A stretch of 64,000 nt of DNA from an uncultured Clostridia bacterium (GCA_944387405.1 CALXET010000003.1:36962-100961), one strand, 5' to 3'. Shown: positions 40,696 through 52,292, counted from the stretch's first letter. Notes: generated from the sequence alone by a model not told the origin. Translations and numbers: made by a program.

Positions 40696-41358
40696 TTATA
40701 ATTTTCTAAATACTCCTGCTACTTTTCCAAGTATTTCACATGTTGGAACAATTATAGGATCCATTGTTGGATTTTGTGGTTGAAGTCTTATATGATCTTT
40801 TTCTTTATAAAACGTTTTTACAGTTGCTTCATCACCAATTAATGCAACTACAATATCACCATTATTTGCAGTATTTTGTCTTTTAACTAGAATATAGTCT
40901 CCATCTAAAATCCCCGCTTCAATCATACTTTCTCCTCTAACTGTAAGCATAAAACTTTCAAAATTTCCTACAAAATCTACTGGAATTGGAAATGTATCTG
41001 TTATATTTTCAACTGCAAGTATTGGTTCACCAGCAGTAATCTTTCCAATAACAGGAACATCTACTAATTCTTTACCATTATATAATGGCTTATCTAGTCT
41101 TTCTTGTCCATCCATTCTTCCGCCTTTTAATACTTTTAGTGTTCTACCTTTTTGAGTCTCTTTTTTTATAAACCCTTTTTCTTCTAATGAGTTTAAATAT
41201 CCATGAACAGTTGCAGTAGATCTTAAACCAACAGCTTTACAAATTTCTCTTACAGAAGGAGCATATCCTTTTGTACTTATTTGTTTTTCTATAAATTTCA
41301 AAATAGATTTTTCTCTTTTAGTTAAACCATTTTCATCTTTTTTTCTCAATATAATCAA
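40696..41358 (-). CDS. lexA: SOS repressor LexA
   Basis: [22 protein letters not shown], Ala-Gly cleavage site (ITAGEP), GESM Ser, VKTF Lys. Confidence 0.96.
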   Translation of the reverse strand: MIILRKKDENGLTKREKSILKFIEKQISTKGYAPSVREICKAVGLRSTATVHGYLNSLEEKGFIKKETQKGRTLKVLKGGRMDGQERLDKPLYNGKELVDVPVIGKITAGEPILAVENITDTFPIPVDFVGNFESFMLTVRGESMIEAGILDGDYILVKRQNTANNGDIVVALIGDEATVKTFYKEKDHIRLQPQNPTMDPIIVPTCEILGKVAGVFRKL

Positions 41359-41382
41359 CTCCTGATATTTTACTTCAAAAAA

Positions 41383-41421
41383 ATCTTACCATAAAAACTT
41401 TTGGTTGTCAAACAAAAGTTT
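41383..41421 (-). promoter_or_regulatory. lexA promoter with two overlapping SOS-box-like palindromes
   Basis: TTGACA-17-TG-TAAGAT; AAAC-AAAA-GTTT at 41410-41421 and AAAC-TTTT-GGTT at 41395-41406. Confidence 0.55.
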
Positions 41422-41560
41422 TGTTTTTTGTTAATTATTTTTTGTTTTTTCTTTGTTACAATTTTGTAATTTAAAAGTAATAAGAATAACATCTAATTTT
41501 GTTGAAAAAGCTATACTTAAATAATATAATGTTTATATATATAATTTTAAGGAGAAGAAT

Positions 41561-42394
41561 ATGAATTTTACTAAAGATATTTATTTAAACACAGACAAAT
41601 TATATGAAAATTCTAGTCTTATAATTCTATATAACGGAATGCTTTCAAAAGATCAGAATAATAAAGTATTCCTTCATTATGGTTATAATGATACTTGGGA
41701 TAATCCTGATGAATTAAAGCTTAAGAGAACTGATTCTGGTATGCTTGGTGTACTTAGAGTATCATCTGGAAATAGTTTTCAATTCGTTTTTAGAGATAAT
41801 AATAATGGCTGGGATAACAACAATAATTCTAATTATATATTACCTATTTTAGAAAAAGAAGATACTGTACTAGAATTTGGCCCTGAAGATGCTGAAAAGG
41901 AAAGCAAAAAAGAAGAATCTATGCATTCTGAAAATTTAGATTTAGAATCATCAGTCTATGCTACAGATGAATTTGAATTTCAAGATTCATATAATTTAGA
42001 AACTTCTTCTATCCCTCATAATACAGTAGTTAATAAATTTGAATTTGACGATTTTACAAATACTTATTTTATAAAACAAGAAGTTATTAATCGTCCTAAG
42101 ACAGAAGAATATAAACCTTTAGATGATAGCTTTTTAGAATTTTCTTCAACAGATCAAGTAGAAGAAGTAAAAGTTTCTGAGTCAAAAATTACTGCATCTA
42201 CTCCTATAGTTGATTTTGCAGAAAATGTTGCTAAAGAAGAAAACAAAGAAACTTCTCTAGTATCATTAAAAGATTCAAAACCTTCAAGAAGATCATCATG
42301 GTATATATTAAAAAGACGTGTTAAATTAGCTGTTTTAAAATTTGTTAAATTAGTTAGAACTGCTTTAGAATATAATACCGAAAATAATAAATAA
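41561..42394 (+). CDS. Protein with N-terminal starch/carbohydrate-binding-module-like domain, acidic linker and basic tail
   Basis: YNG.L, VFLHYGYNDTW, FQFVFRDNNNGWDNNNNSNY resembles CBM25/CBM53-type modules. Confidence 0.65.
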   Translation: MNFTKDIYLNTDKLYENSSLIILYNGMLSKDQNNKVFLHYGYNDTWDNPDELKLKRTDSGMLGVLRVSSGNSFQFVFRDNNNGWDNNNNSNYILPILEKEDTVLEFGPEDAEKESKKEESMHSENLDLESSVYATDEFEFQDSYNLETSSIPHNTVVNKFEFDDFTNTYFIKQEVINRPKTEEYKPLDDSFLEFSSTDQVEEVKVSESKITASTPIVDFAENVAKEENKETSLVSLKDSKPSRRSSWYILKRRVKLAVLKFVKLVRTALEYNTENNK

Positions 42395-42541
42395 AATAAT
42401 ATTATTAATATAAATGAACATAAAATTAAACTAAATAAAAATTAAATAAATAAATTAATAATTAACTTAATTAAATAAAAAATAAAAAAGAAGCAATGCT
42501 TCTTTTTTTATTTTTCTATAAATTAATACTTCTTTGAATTA

Positions 42542-44850
<2,309 letters not shown>

Positions 44851-44892
44851 AATTTATATTCTCCTTTTAAATCATTTTTATATTTTATAAAT

Positions 44893-44952
44893 TTAAAAGT
44901 TAATTTGCCATCGTTTTTCTATATATGTTTGATAAAATAATTTTATTTTCAT
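44893..44952 (-). other. Candidate leader peptide upstream of trpS (19 aa, one Trp codon)
   Basis: TTGTAA-17-TATAAT promoter, GGAGG RBS, MKIKLFYQTYIEKRWQINF*. Confidence 0.5.
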
Positions 44953-45050
44953 AATTTTCCTCCGATTATAGACTATTATATTATACTGTATTTTACCTTA
45001 TTTTACAATAATTATTGATTATTTACATAAAATTATATTAATAATATAAA

Positions 45051-45074
45051 AGCTGTCCCCTCATGGGGCCAGCT
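45051..45074 (-). terminator. GC-rich hairpin containing the stop codon of the 45061-45288 gene
   Basis: AGCTGTCCCC-TCAT-GGGGCCAGCT, followed by TTTT on the minus strand. Confidence 0.65.
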
Positions 45075-45288
45075 CGTGATGCGATTTGAAGTACTCAGTA
45101 ATTGCTTCTCTGAGATTCAGCGCTTTTTCATCGCTGTCGAAAAACTCATCATATAGTAAATTCTGAAAAGCTCTTCCAATAACTCTAAGCTGAGTCTGCT
45201 TAACAAGCCCGTCAGGACTTACTATATACTCAGTTTTCCGATTTCCACCGCACTCTGTTGATACTTCTAAAATTTCCACTTTTGCCAT
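45061..45288 (-). CDS. Higher-GC orphan protein, 75 aa
   Basis: TTGACA-17-TATAAT promoter, AGGAGG RBS, ATG at 45288. Confidence 0.65.
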   Translation of the reverse strand: MAKVEILEVSTECGGNRKTEYIVSPDGLVKQTQLRVIGRAFQNLLYDEFFDSDEKALNLREAITEYFKSHHELAP

Positions 45289-45513
45289 AATACCCTCCTG
45301 ACTTCCCAGCACAAGAACGCTGGTACTTATTAAAACATAGTTTCACTGCATCGCCGATTATTATATAAAAATTGTTGAAATATGTCAAATAAGCATATGT
45401 GATTTACATAATTTGTATAAATTTCTTTTCTTTGATATAATAAAAATATACAAATTAACTAAAGAGTGTGTTTTCTCACTCAAGATTCAAAAAGAGAGAA
45501 AGGAAGATTCAAG

Positions 45514-45966
45514 ATGAAAAAGGAAGAGTTACTACGGAGGATTGATGATGGAAAAATCTCTTTTGAAGAGATTAAATCAGAGAATTATGATTTTGATGTA
45601 ATTCTCCAAATGTTTAATTTCTTTATGGAGAACGAAGCAATGCAACTTGCAACACCAGAACAGCAAAAATACCTGCTGTCAAATATGGGGTGCTACAATG
45701 CCAAACTTTATAGGCAACTTGCTCCGTACATTAAGCCTGAAATCTGGGCTGATAGCAAATTTGCATATATGATTTTGGCAAGATGTGCACCCGATTTTTC
45801 AAGTTCGGATGAATATATCCGCGAATTCCAAAAATACGTGCCGCTTATAAAGAAGGCGGAAGTCGAAAATAATGCTATGTTAGGTGTATGCTCCGGTGAT
45901 TCCGAAGAGGAAGTCCGTGCACATCAAGTACTCAAACTTCTAAAAATAACAACCTCTCAAAACTAG
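45514..45966 (+). CDS. Higher-GC orphan protein, 150 aa
   Basis: TTGTAT-17-TATAAT promoter, AAGGA RBS, ATG at 45514, AGGGCC/GGCCCT terminator at the stop. Confidence 0.65.
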   Translation: MKKEELLRRIDDGKISFEEIKSENYDFDVILQMFNFFMENEAMQLATPEQQKYLLSNMGCYNAKLYRQLAPYIKPEIWADSKFAYMILARCAPDFSSSDEYIREFQKYVPLIKKAEVENNAMLGVCSGDSEEEVRAHQVLKLLKITTSQN

Positions 45967-46085
45967 GGCCATAAGGGCCCTTTTTTATTTATATATTTTA
46001 TACTCTCTATCTATAATTACTGCCCCTTTACCATTTATGTTAACTATGATATAATATTATTATTAATATATAAGGAGGTGGCATT

Positions 46086-46268
46086 ATGAGCGAGCATCAA
46101 AAGCCTGAAGGCTGCATGTGCATGGGAAACTGTGCAAAGTGTAAATGCGGCAGAAACACATCGTCCACCGATGACAAAAAAGATGCAAGCACTAAACCGT
46201 ACTTTGGCGACAGCCCTGACGATTTAGAAGCTAAGACAACTGAGTTCATTGATAAGCACTTTAAATAA
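46086..46268 (+). CDS. Cys-rich miniprotein, 60 aa
   Basis: TTTACC-17-TATAAT promoter, AAGGAGGT RBS, CxCxxxCxxCxC cluster, GTCACGCGA/TCGCGTGGC terminator. Confidence 0.7.
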   Translation: MSEHQKPEGCMCMGNCAKCKCGRNTSSTDDKKDASTKPYFGDSPDDLEAKTTEFIDKHFK

Positions 46269-46388
46269 GTGCACTTAATTTATGAACCTACTTTTTTGGG
46301 TCACGCGATAACCAATTTCGCGTGGCTTTTTTATTTAAAAAAGCTTTGTACTATATTAGTACAAAGCTTTTACTTAATTTTTATGCTA

Positions 46389-47774
46389 CTAGAATTCTAC
46401 TTTTTCTGAAATCCATTTTTCTAAATCTTCTATTTTTACTCTAACTTGCTCCATTGTATCTCTATCTCTAATTGTTACTGCATTATCTTCTAAAGTATCA
46501 AAATCTACTGTAATACAATATGGAGTACCTATCTCATCTTCTCTTCTATAACGTTTTCCTATACTTCCTGCTTCATCATAATCACACATAAACTTCTTAG
46601 ATAAGTTTTCATATACTTCTTCTGCTTTATCACTTAATTTTTTAGATAATGGAAGTACAGCAACTTTATATGGAGCTAAAGCCGGATGTAAATGTAATAC
46701 TGTTCTTGTATCTCCACCATCTAAAGCTTCTTCTTCATAACTATCACATAAAAATGCAAGTGTTACTCTATCAGCTCCTACTGAAGGTTCAATACAATAT
46801 GGAATATATCTTTCATTTGTTTCTGGATCTAAGTATGTCATATCTTCTTTTGAATGTTCCATATGTTGTTTTAAGTCAAAATCTGTTCTATCAGCAATTC
46901 CCCAAAGTTCACCCCATCCAAATGGGAATGCATATTCTATATCTGTTGTTGCATTACTATAATGAGATAGCTCTTCTTTAGAATGATCTCTTAGTCTTAA
47001 ATTATTTTCTGTCATTCCCAGAGTTAATAACCAGTTCTTACAAAATTCTTTCCAATATTTATGCCACTTTAGGTCTTCTCCTGGTTTGCAGAAAAATTCA
47101 AGTTCCATTTGTTCAAACTCACGTGTTCTAAAAGTAAAGTTTCCTGGAGTTATTTCATTTCTAAAAGATTTTCCTATTTGTGCTATACCCATTGGTAATT
47201 TCTTTCTTGTAGTTCTCATAACATTTTTAAAGTTAACAAAAATACCTTGAGCTGTTTCTGGTCTTAAATAAATCTCCGCTGTTTTATCTTCTGTAACACC
47301 TTGAAATGTTTTAAACATTAAATTAAATTTTCTTATATCTGTAAAATTTGTTTTTCCGCAATTTGGACATGGTACATTATTTTCTTTTATAAAATTAACT
47401 AATTGTTCATCTGTCATACCATCTGCTATCATATCTCTTCCTTGCTCATGAGCCCACTCTTCAATTAATTTATCAGCTCTATGTCTTGTTTTACATTCCT
47501 TGCAATCTATTAGTGGATCACTAAAACCTCCAACATGTCCTGAAGCAACCCAAGTTTCTGGATTCATTAATATTGCCGCATCAAGCCCTACATTATATTT
47601 GCACTCTTGTACAAATTTTTTCATCCATAGTTTTTTTACATTGTTCTTAAGTTCAACACCTAAAGGACCATAGTCCCAAGTATTTGCAAGTCCTCCATAA
47701 ATTTCTGAACCTGGATAAATAAATCCTCTTGATTTGCATAAAGAAACCATTTTTTCCATTGAATCAACTGCCAT
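46389..47774 (-). CDS. glyS: Glycine--tRNA ligase, homodimeric class IIa type
   Basis: [54 protein letters not shown]. Confidence 0.97.
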   Translation of the reverse strand: MAVDSMEKMVSLCKSRGFIYPGSEIYGGLANTWDYGPLGVELKNNVKKLWMKKFVQECKYNVGLDAAILMNPETWVASGHVGGFSDPLIDCKECKTRHRADKLIEEWAHEQGRDMIADGMTDEQLVNFIKENNVPCPNCGKTNFTDIRKFNLMFKTFQGVTEDKTAEIYLRPETAQGIFVNFKNVMRTTRKKLPMGIAQIGKSFRNEITPGNFTFRTREFEQMELEFFCKPGEDLKWHKYWKEFCKNWLLTLGMTENNLRLRDHSKEELSHYSNATTDIEYAFPFGWGELWGIADRTDFDLKQHMEHSKEDMTYLDPETNERYIPYCIEPSVGADRVTLAFLCDSYEEEALDGGDTRTVLHLHPALAPYKVAVLPLSKKLSDKAEEVYENLSKKFMCDYDEAGSIGKRYRREDEIGTPYCITVDFDTLEDNAVTIRDRDTMEQVRVKIEDLEKWISEKVEF

Positions 47775-47804
47775 AAAAATTCCTCCTTTTCACTTCTGCT
47801 AGGA

Positions 47805-48006
47805 ATCAAAAAAACTTTCATACCTAGCTTTTAATTTAGCTAGGGACGAAAGTTTATATTCCGCGGTTCCACCCTATTTGGTTTTTAAAACCCACCTTCA
47901 TTTTTAAAATTGCTCCAAAGCTCCATCCTATACCTTTATGGCTAAGCTTTCACCTTACCTTAGCTCTCTAAACATAAATAAATATATTCCCTCTTTATCA
48001 ACGCAA
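47805..48006 (-). promoter_or_regulatory. T-box riboswitch, Gly specifier (GGA), lacking Stem II
   Basis: K-turn TTGC-GTT-GA...GA-GCAA, specifier GGA at 47922-47924, T-box AGGGTGGAACCGCG, terminator with U-tract. Closely resembles the B. subtilis glyQS leader architecture. Confidence 0.93.
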
Positions 48007-48106
48007 TATTTTATTTTGGCTTTTAAATATTTTAATACGTTTTATTTTCTTTGTCAACCCAAAAATTATATTATGCTTTTTAAAATTAATAAATACGAAC
48101 ACAACC

Positions 48107-48353
48107 TGTGGATAACTTTTAAACTACCGCAAATTTTAGTCTCTTTTTTATTTCGTTTTGTTTGGTTTAAATATAGTATAAATATGTAAACTTGCATGAA
48201 TAAAGCATTACGCGGCATTTTAAAATATTATGTAACTTAATAATTCACTGTAAACTAATTCTTGTCAACCTGTGGATAATGTGGATAACTCTGTGAATAA
48301 CTTATTTATTCGACAAAATTTAACCTAATTTATGCACAGGTACCTGTGCATAT
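48107..48353. promoter_or_regulatory. DnaA-box cluster
   Basis: TGTGGATAA at 48107, 48271 and 48280; TGTGAATAA at 48292; TTATGCACA at 48330, within a 22-bp perfect palindrome (48331-48352). Confidence 0.75.
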
Positions 48354-48603
48354 TTATTTTAGTTTACGAAAAATAGATTTTATTATTTTATTATGTTTAT
48401 AGTATCTTTGTTTGCTTAATCTACTTCTATTCCCTAATTTTTCTTATATTTTATTGATTTTTTCCTATAAATTTCTCTTTTTGTAAATTATCTAAGCTTT
48501 TTCCACTTTTTTCTTCCTAAAATATAATTTATTAATTACATTATATATTTTTTTAATAGATATTTAATATTAAATATTAAAATAAAATTTTAGGAGGTTT
48601 TAT

Positions 48604-49395
48604 ATGAAAAAATATGTTCTTATTACTGTAATACTTTGTCTTATCGCATTATTTTCTGCTATAAATATTGCAAGTGCTAATTTAACAGTAACAGATGCAC
48701 AAACTGCTCAAGCTGTAAACTCACTTATTACATATAAATCATCTGAATTTTTATCTGTTTTAGACAGTACTGACGAAATAAAATCAATATCTGTAGAAAA
48801 TGATGAATTAAACAATACTGACTTTTATAAAGTAGAAACAAATAATTATTTATTAAAATTAGACACAGATGATAAAAACGTTACTGGAATTTATGCAAAA
48901 GCATCTGATACTAATTTTACAAAAGAGTCTACTGAATCTGAAGCTAGAGAATTTATAAATACTAAATACGAACAATTAAATCTACCTGAAGATTATGATT
49001 TAGTATATCTTGAAAAAATAGATGAATATACTTGGGAAGCTGATTTTCAAAAAAAATATGGTGACGTCTACAATATGTATGAAGCAGTAAAAGTATTCTT
49101 CACACCAGAAAATAATGAAATTATAGCACTTACTGTATTTAATGAACCATATGAAAATAATGAAGAAACTAAAGTTACAACTAAAGAAGCAAAAGAAATT
49201 GTAAGTAATGAATTAAATATTGATTCAAAAATAATATCTGAAGAATTAACAATAATAAAACCAAATAATTATTTTGAAAATTCTAATGATAAAGACCTTC
49301 ATAAAGCTTGGGTTTTAACAACAGAAGATAATGAAAGTATTTATGTTGATGCTATAAATGGCGATGTTATAGGAGGTGACTGTATAAATGAGTAA
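48604..49395 (+). CDS. Secreted protein with PepSY-like modules
   Basis: Signal peptide ending ASA; VTTKEAKEIV...KAWVL...IYVDAINGDVIG. Confidence 0.7.
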   Translation: MKKYVLITVILCLIALFSAINIASANLTVTDAQTAQAVNSLITYKSSEFLSVLDSTDEIKSISVENDELNNTDFYKVETNNYLLKLDTDDKNVTGIYAKASDTNFTKESTESEAREFINTKYEQLNLPEDYDLVYLEKIDEYTWEADFQKKYGDVYNMYEAVKVFFTPENNEIIALTVFNEPYENNEETKVTTKEAKEIVSNELNIDSKIISEELTIIKPNNYFENSNDKDLHKAWVLTTEDNESIYVDAINGDVIGGDCINE

Positions 49396-49996
49396 AAAGA
49401 TAGTTTCAATTTTTTTAGTAATATTATTATTTATAACTATATTCTCTACTACAGCAAATGCTGCCGCTTCTGCTAAAGTTTTTGCTAGCAGTAAAAGTGC
49501 ATACTATAATGATTGTGCTGTATATGCTAAATATGGTTTAGAAGATTTAGGATATTCAGTTAGCACGGTTACTGGTGGTATAACAAAATCTTCAATGCTA
49601 GACTGGATAGGAAACACTGGAAATGGATATGCTTTTTATGTTCACACTTTTGGTGGAGATGGATATTTTAATGATTACTCAGGTAAATCAATTGATGCTG
49701 ATGATATATCTGGTAATTGGGATTTAGTATATATAGATTCATCTTATAGTGCTAAAACTAATGAACTTGCAAGAGCTTTTCATACAGTTGGATATTCTGA
49801 TAGATGTTTCCTAGGTTGGTATAATCCTGTTACTACAGCAAATTCAAATTCTTTTAATTATTATTTCTGGACAGAATATGTAACTCATGCAACAATTAGA
49901 TCTGCTGCACTTGCTGCCGCATCAAGAGTTCCTGGTGATGGTACTACTCCTATAAGATTTTATGGAGATACTTCTTATGATGGATCAGCTCGTTAA
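49388..49996 (+). CDS. Secreted protein, possible caspase/gingipain-like alpha/beta fold
   Basis: Signal peptide ending ANA; FYVHTFGG, DLVYIDSSYSA, RCFLGWYNPV and RFYGD pattern. Confidence 0.6.
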   Translation: MSKKIVSIFLVILLFITIFSTTANAAASAKVFASSKSAYYNDCAVYAKYGLEDLGYSVSTVTGGITKSSMLDWIGNTGNGYAFYVHTFGGDGYFNDYSGKSIDADDISGNWDLVYIDSSYSAKTNELARAFHTVGYSDRCFLGWYNPVTTANSNSFNYYFWTEYVTHATIRSAALAAASRVPGDGTTPIRFYGDTSYDGSAR

Positions 49997-50026
49997 AAAA
50001 GACTATATCCATATAGGTATAGTCTT

Positions 50027-51481
50027 TTATTCTTTCTCTTCAACAGTATAAGTTCCTTCTAAAATAACTTCTCCTGTCTCTACATCTATTTTTATATTCT
50101 TATTTTCATTATATATAATCTCCCAATAAAATTTCACTTCATAATTATTCCTATATAAAGTATTATTTAATTCATCATAATGAATTTCATTTGTATTATA
50201 ATAATTTATATTTTTCTCTATCTGTCCCATATTTATTCTTATATTTTCTATAGAATTTACAGTATCATATTCTTTTAATATATCTATAGCTTTATCTTTT
50301 GTAATATTTACATTCTTTTCTTGTTTACCATAAGAAATATTTAATATGCTAATAATCTTGTTAGATGTAATATCATATTCAACATAAATACTATTATAAA
50401 TATCATCTTCTGTTAGAGCATATAAAACATCTAGAATCTTAGAATCTAATTTCTCGCTTTCATAATAACTTATTACTTTATATTCTTTGTTTAAATTTAA
50501 TAATTTATAACATTCATCAATTTCTTTTAAAATATCATCTGTAGATAATTCCTTTTGGCTAACATCTCTTTTTTCTGTTAAATCAGAATAATCTACAAGT
50601 ATACCATTTTCAGCATCAATATCTATTCTAAACTTATTATCTAAATATAATGTCCAATAAGTTTTATTATAAAGTCCATCTTTTATAAGTTTAATATCTT
50701 CATCATTATAATTTTCAGTTATCTTTAATGCTTTTAAATAACCCTTAATATTATCGCTAGCTTCTTCCCTAGTAATATTTACAGTAGACTCATCGACTTT
50801 CTTGTCTCTTTCTTCTAAAGTATAAGTCTCAGGATTCTTAACAAAATGTTCATAAACTTTATATGATGCATATACTATTCCTGTAAGCATTGTAACTGAT
50901 ATGATAATAACAATAATAGAAGTAAGCTTCTTAACCTTTTTATATCTGCTTATCAAGTCTGGATATTCTTTTTCTAATACCTTTTTCAATGATTTCTTAG
51001 CTCTATAAATTAATTGTTTTATTTCATCTTCACTTTTATCTAATACTTTAGCAGCGTCTTTATATGAACGTCCTTTTAATTTTACTAATATAATAGCTTC
51101 TCTTTGAAGTTCTGATATTTTACTCAAAGCTTTATAAAACTCATCAGCCGATTCTCTATTTTCAACTAATTCTTCTGGATTTACTACTTTCTCTTCATAT
51201 AACTCTGTTATATTCTCATTGAATTTATTATTTCTTCTTTTTATTTTAGAAGAATATGACATTAATATATTTCTTGCTATTGCTAGTACTAAATTTTTAA
51301 GTTCTTTTTCCTCTTTAGGTTTCTTATCTTCTATCATATTATATAATGTAAGAAAACTATCTTGCATAATTTCTTCAGATATTGTTTCATTTCTAGTCTT
51401 ATAGTAAATGTAATTAAAAACTTTTTTGTTATATTTATTGTAAAAATTATTAAAATTTGTTTCTTCTATTACTTTTCCCAC
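50027..51481 (-). CDS. ECF sigma factor fused to a TM helix and an extracellular PepSY-like domain
   Basis: Region 2 (FNNFYNKY..SEEIMQDSFLTLY), region 4 (QREAIIL..GRSYKDAAKVL..IKQLIYRAKKSL), TM LTSIIVIIISVTMLTGIVYASY, then about 275 aa. Confidence 0.85.
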   Translation of the reverse strand: MGKVIEETNFNNFYNKYNKKVFNYIYYKTRNETISEEIMQDSFLTLYNMIEDKKPKEEKELKNLVLAIARNILMSYSSKIKRRNNKFNENITELYEEKVVNPEELVENRESADEFYKALSKISELQREAIILVKLKGRSYKDAAKVLDKSEDEIKQLIYRAKKSLKKVLEKEYPDLISRYKKVKKLTSIIVIIISVTMLTGIVYASYKVYEHFVKNPETYTLEERDKKVDESTVNITREEASDNIKGYLKALKITENYNDEDIKLIKDGLYNKTYWTLYLDNKFRIDIDAENGILVDYSDLTEKRDVSQKELSTDDILKEIDECYKLLNLNKEYKVISYYESEKLDSKILDVLYALTEDDIYNSIYVEYDITSNKIISILNISYGKQEKNVNITKDKAIDILKEYDTVNSIENIRINMGQIEKNINYYNTNEIHYDELNNTLYRNNYEVKFYWEIIYNENKNIKIDVETGEVILEGTYTVEEKE

Positions 51482-51608
51482 TTTTCTCCCCTTCTAAAAA
51501 CATATTTCTTACATATTTTAATAAAATTCTTAAAAAATTTCAAATTTTTGCGTAACTTTTTTTCGAGTTATAAAATATATATTATATAAGACATAATTCG
51601 GAGGAATT

Positions 51609-52292
51609 ATGAAAAAAGTTTTACTATCTTTTAAAAACTTATCAAACAGTAAAGATGTTTTTAATTTTATTACACTTAGGCATAATGAAGATATACATAT
51701 TGTTGGATTATCTGATAATTATATTGAAACTATGGCTTTATTATATAAGTATGTGCCTGATTTAATATTAATAGACTCTGAATCTTTTGCTGAAATTAAT
51801 TTGAATTTACTTACATATTTACCAACATTTTATATAGATGATAAATCAAAATTATTAAATGAATCAATTTATAATTCTATCTTTATTAAAATTTATAATA
51901 ATTTTGATCATTTATTTAGTAATTTTAAAACAGATCAAAAAAGTATAGTAACCAAAAAAATAGAAACAAAAATCATAAGACAACTTAAAGACTTAAATTT
52001 TAATTTTAAACAAGCTGGTACTAGATTCTTTTTAGAAACATTAATATTTGTTTATGAAAATAAAAATCCAAATATTTTAAATAATATTAGTAAAAACATT
52101 TATCCAAATGTATCTAATAAGTACCATACAAGTATTAGCAAAGTAAAATGGAATATAGAAAAATCAATATCATATATGTATAATTTTAACTTAAATAATT
52201 ATCCTGGACTTTTAGATAACTACTTGTCTTTTGATTTCACACAAAAACCAACAACAAAAGAATTAATAGTTCTTTTAAATAAATTATTGTAA
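51609..52292 (+). CDS. Spo0A C-terminal DNA-binding-domain protein with degenerate receiver domain
   Basis: LKDLNFNFKQAGTRFF, SKNIYPNVSNKYHTSISKVKWNI and KPTTKELI match Spo0A_C; N-terminal PDLILID. Confidence 0.75.
   Translation: MKKVLLSFKNLSNSKDVFNFITLRHNEDIHIVGLSDNYIETMALLYKYVPDLILIDSESFAEINLNLLTYLPTFYIDDKSKLLNESIYNSIFIKIYNNFDHLFSNFKTDQKSIVTKKIETKIIRQLKDLNFNFKQAGTRFFLETLIFVYENKNPNILNNISKNIYPNVSNKYHTSISKVKWNIEKSISYMYNFNLNNYPGLLDNYLSFDFTQKPTTKELIVLLNKLL

Noticed and set aside
45021-45050. Plus-strand TTTACA-17-TATAAA pointing antisense into the 45061 gene (possible type I toxin-antitoxin RNA)
   Set aside because: The region is nearly all A/T, so such matches arise by chance; the ORF product is not hydrophobic like type I toxins.
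47938-48189. 83-aa plus-strand ORF
   Set aside because: It overlaps the glyS T-box, its promoter and a DnaA box, and has no RBS.
48100-48360. oriC
   Set aside because: No dnaA/dnaN/rpmH neighbours and no switch in gene orientation; kept only as a DnaA-box cluster.
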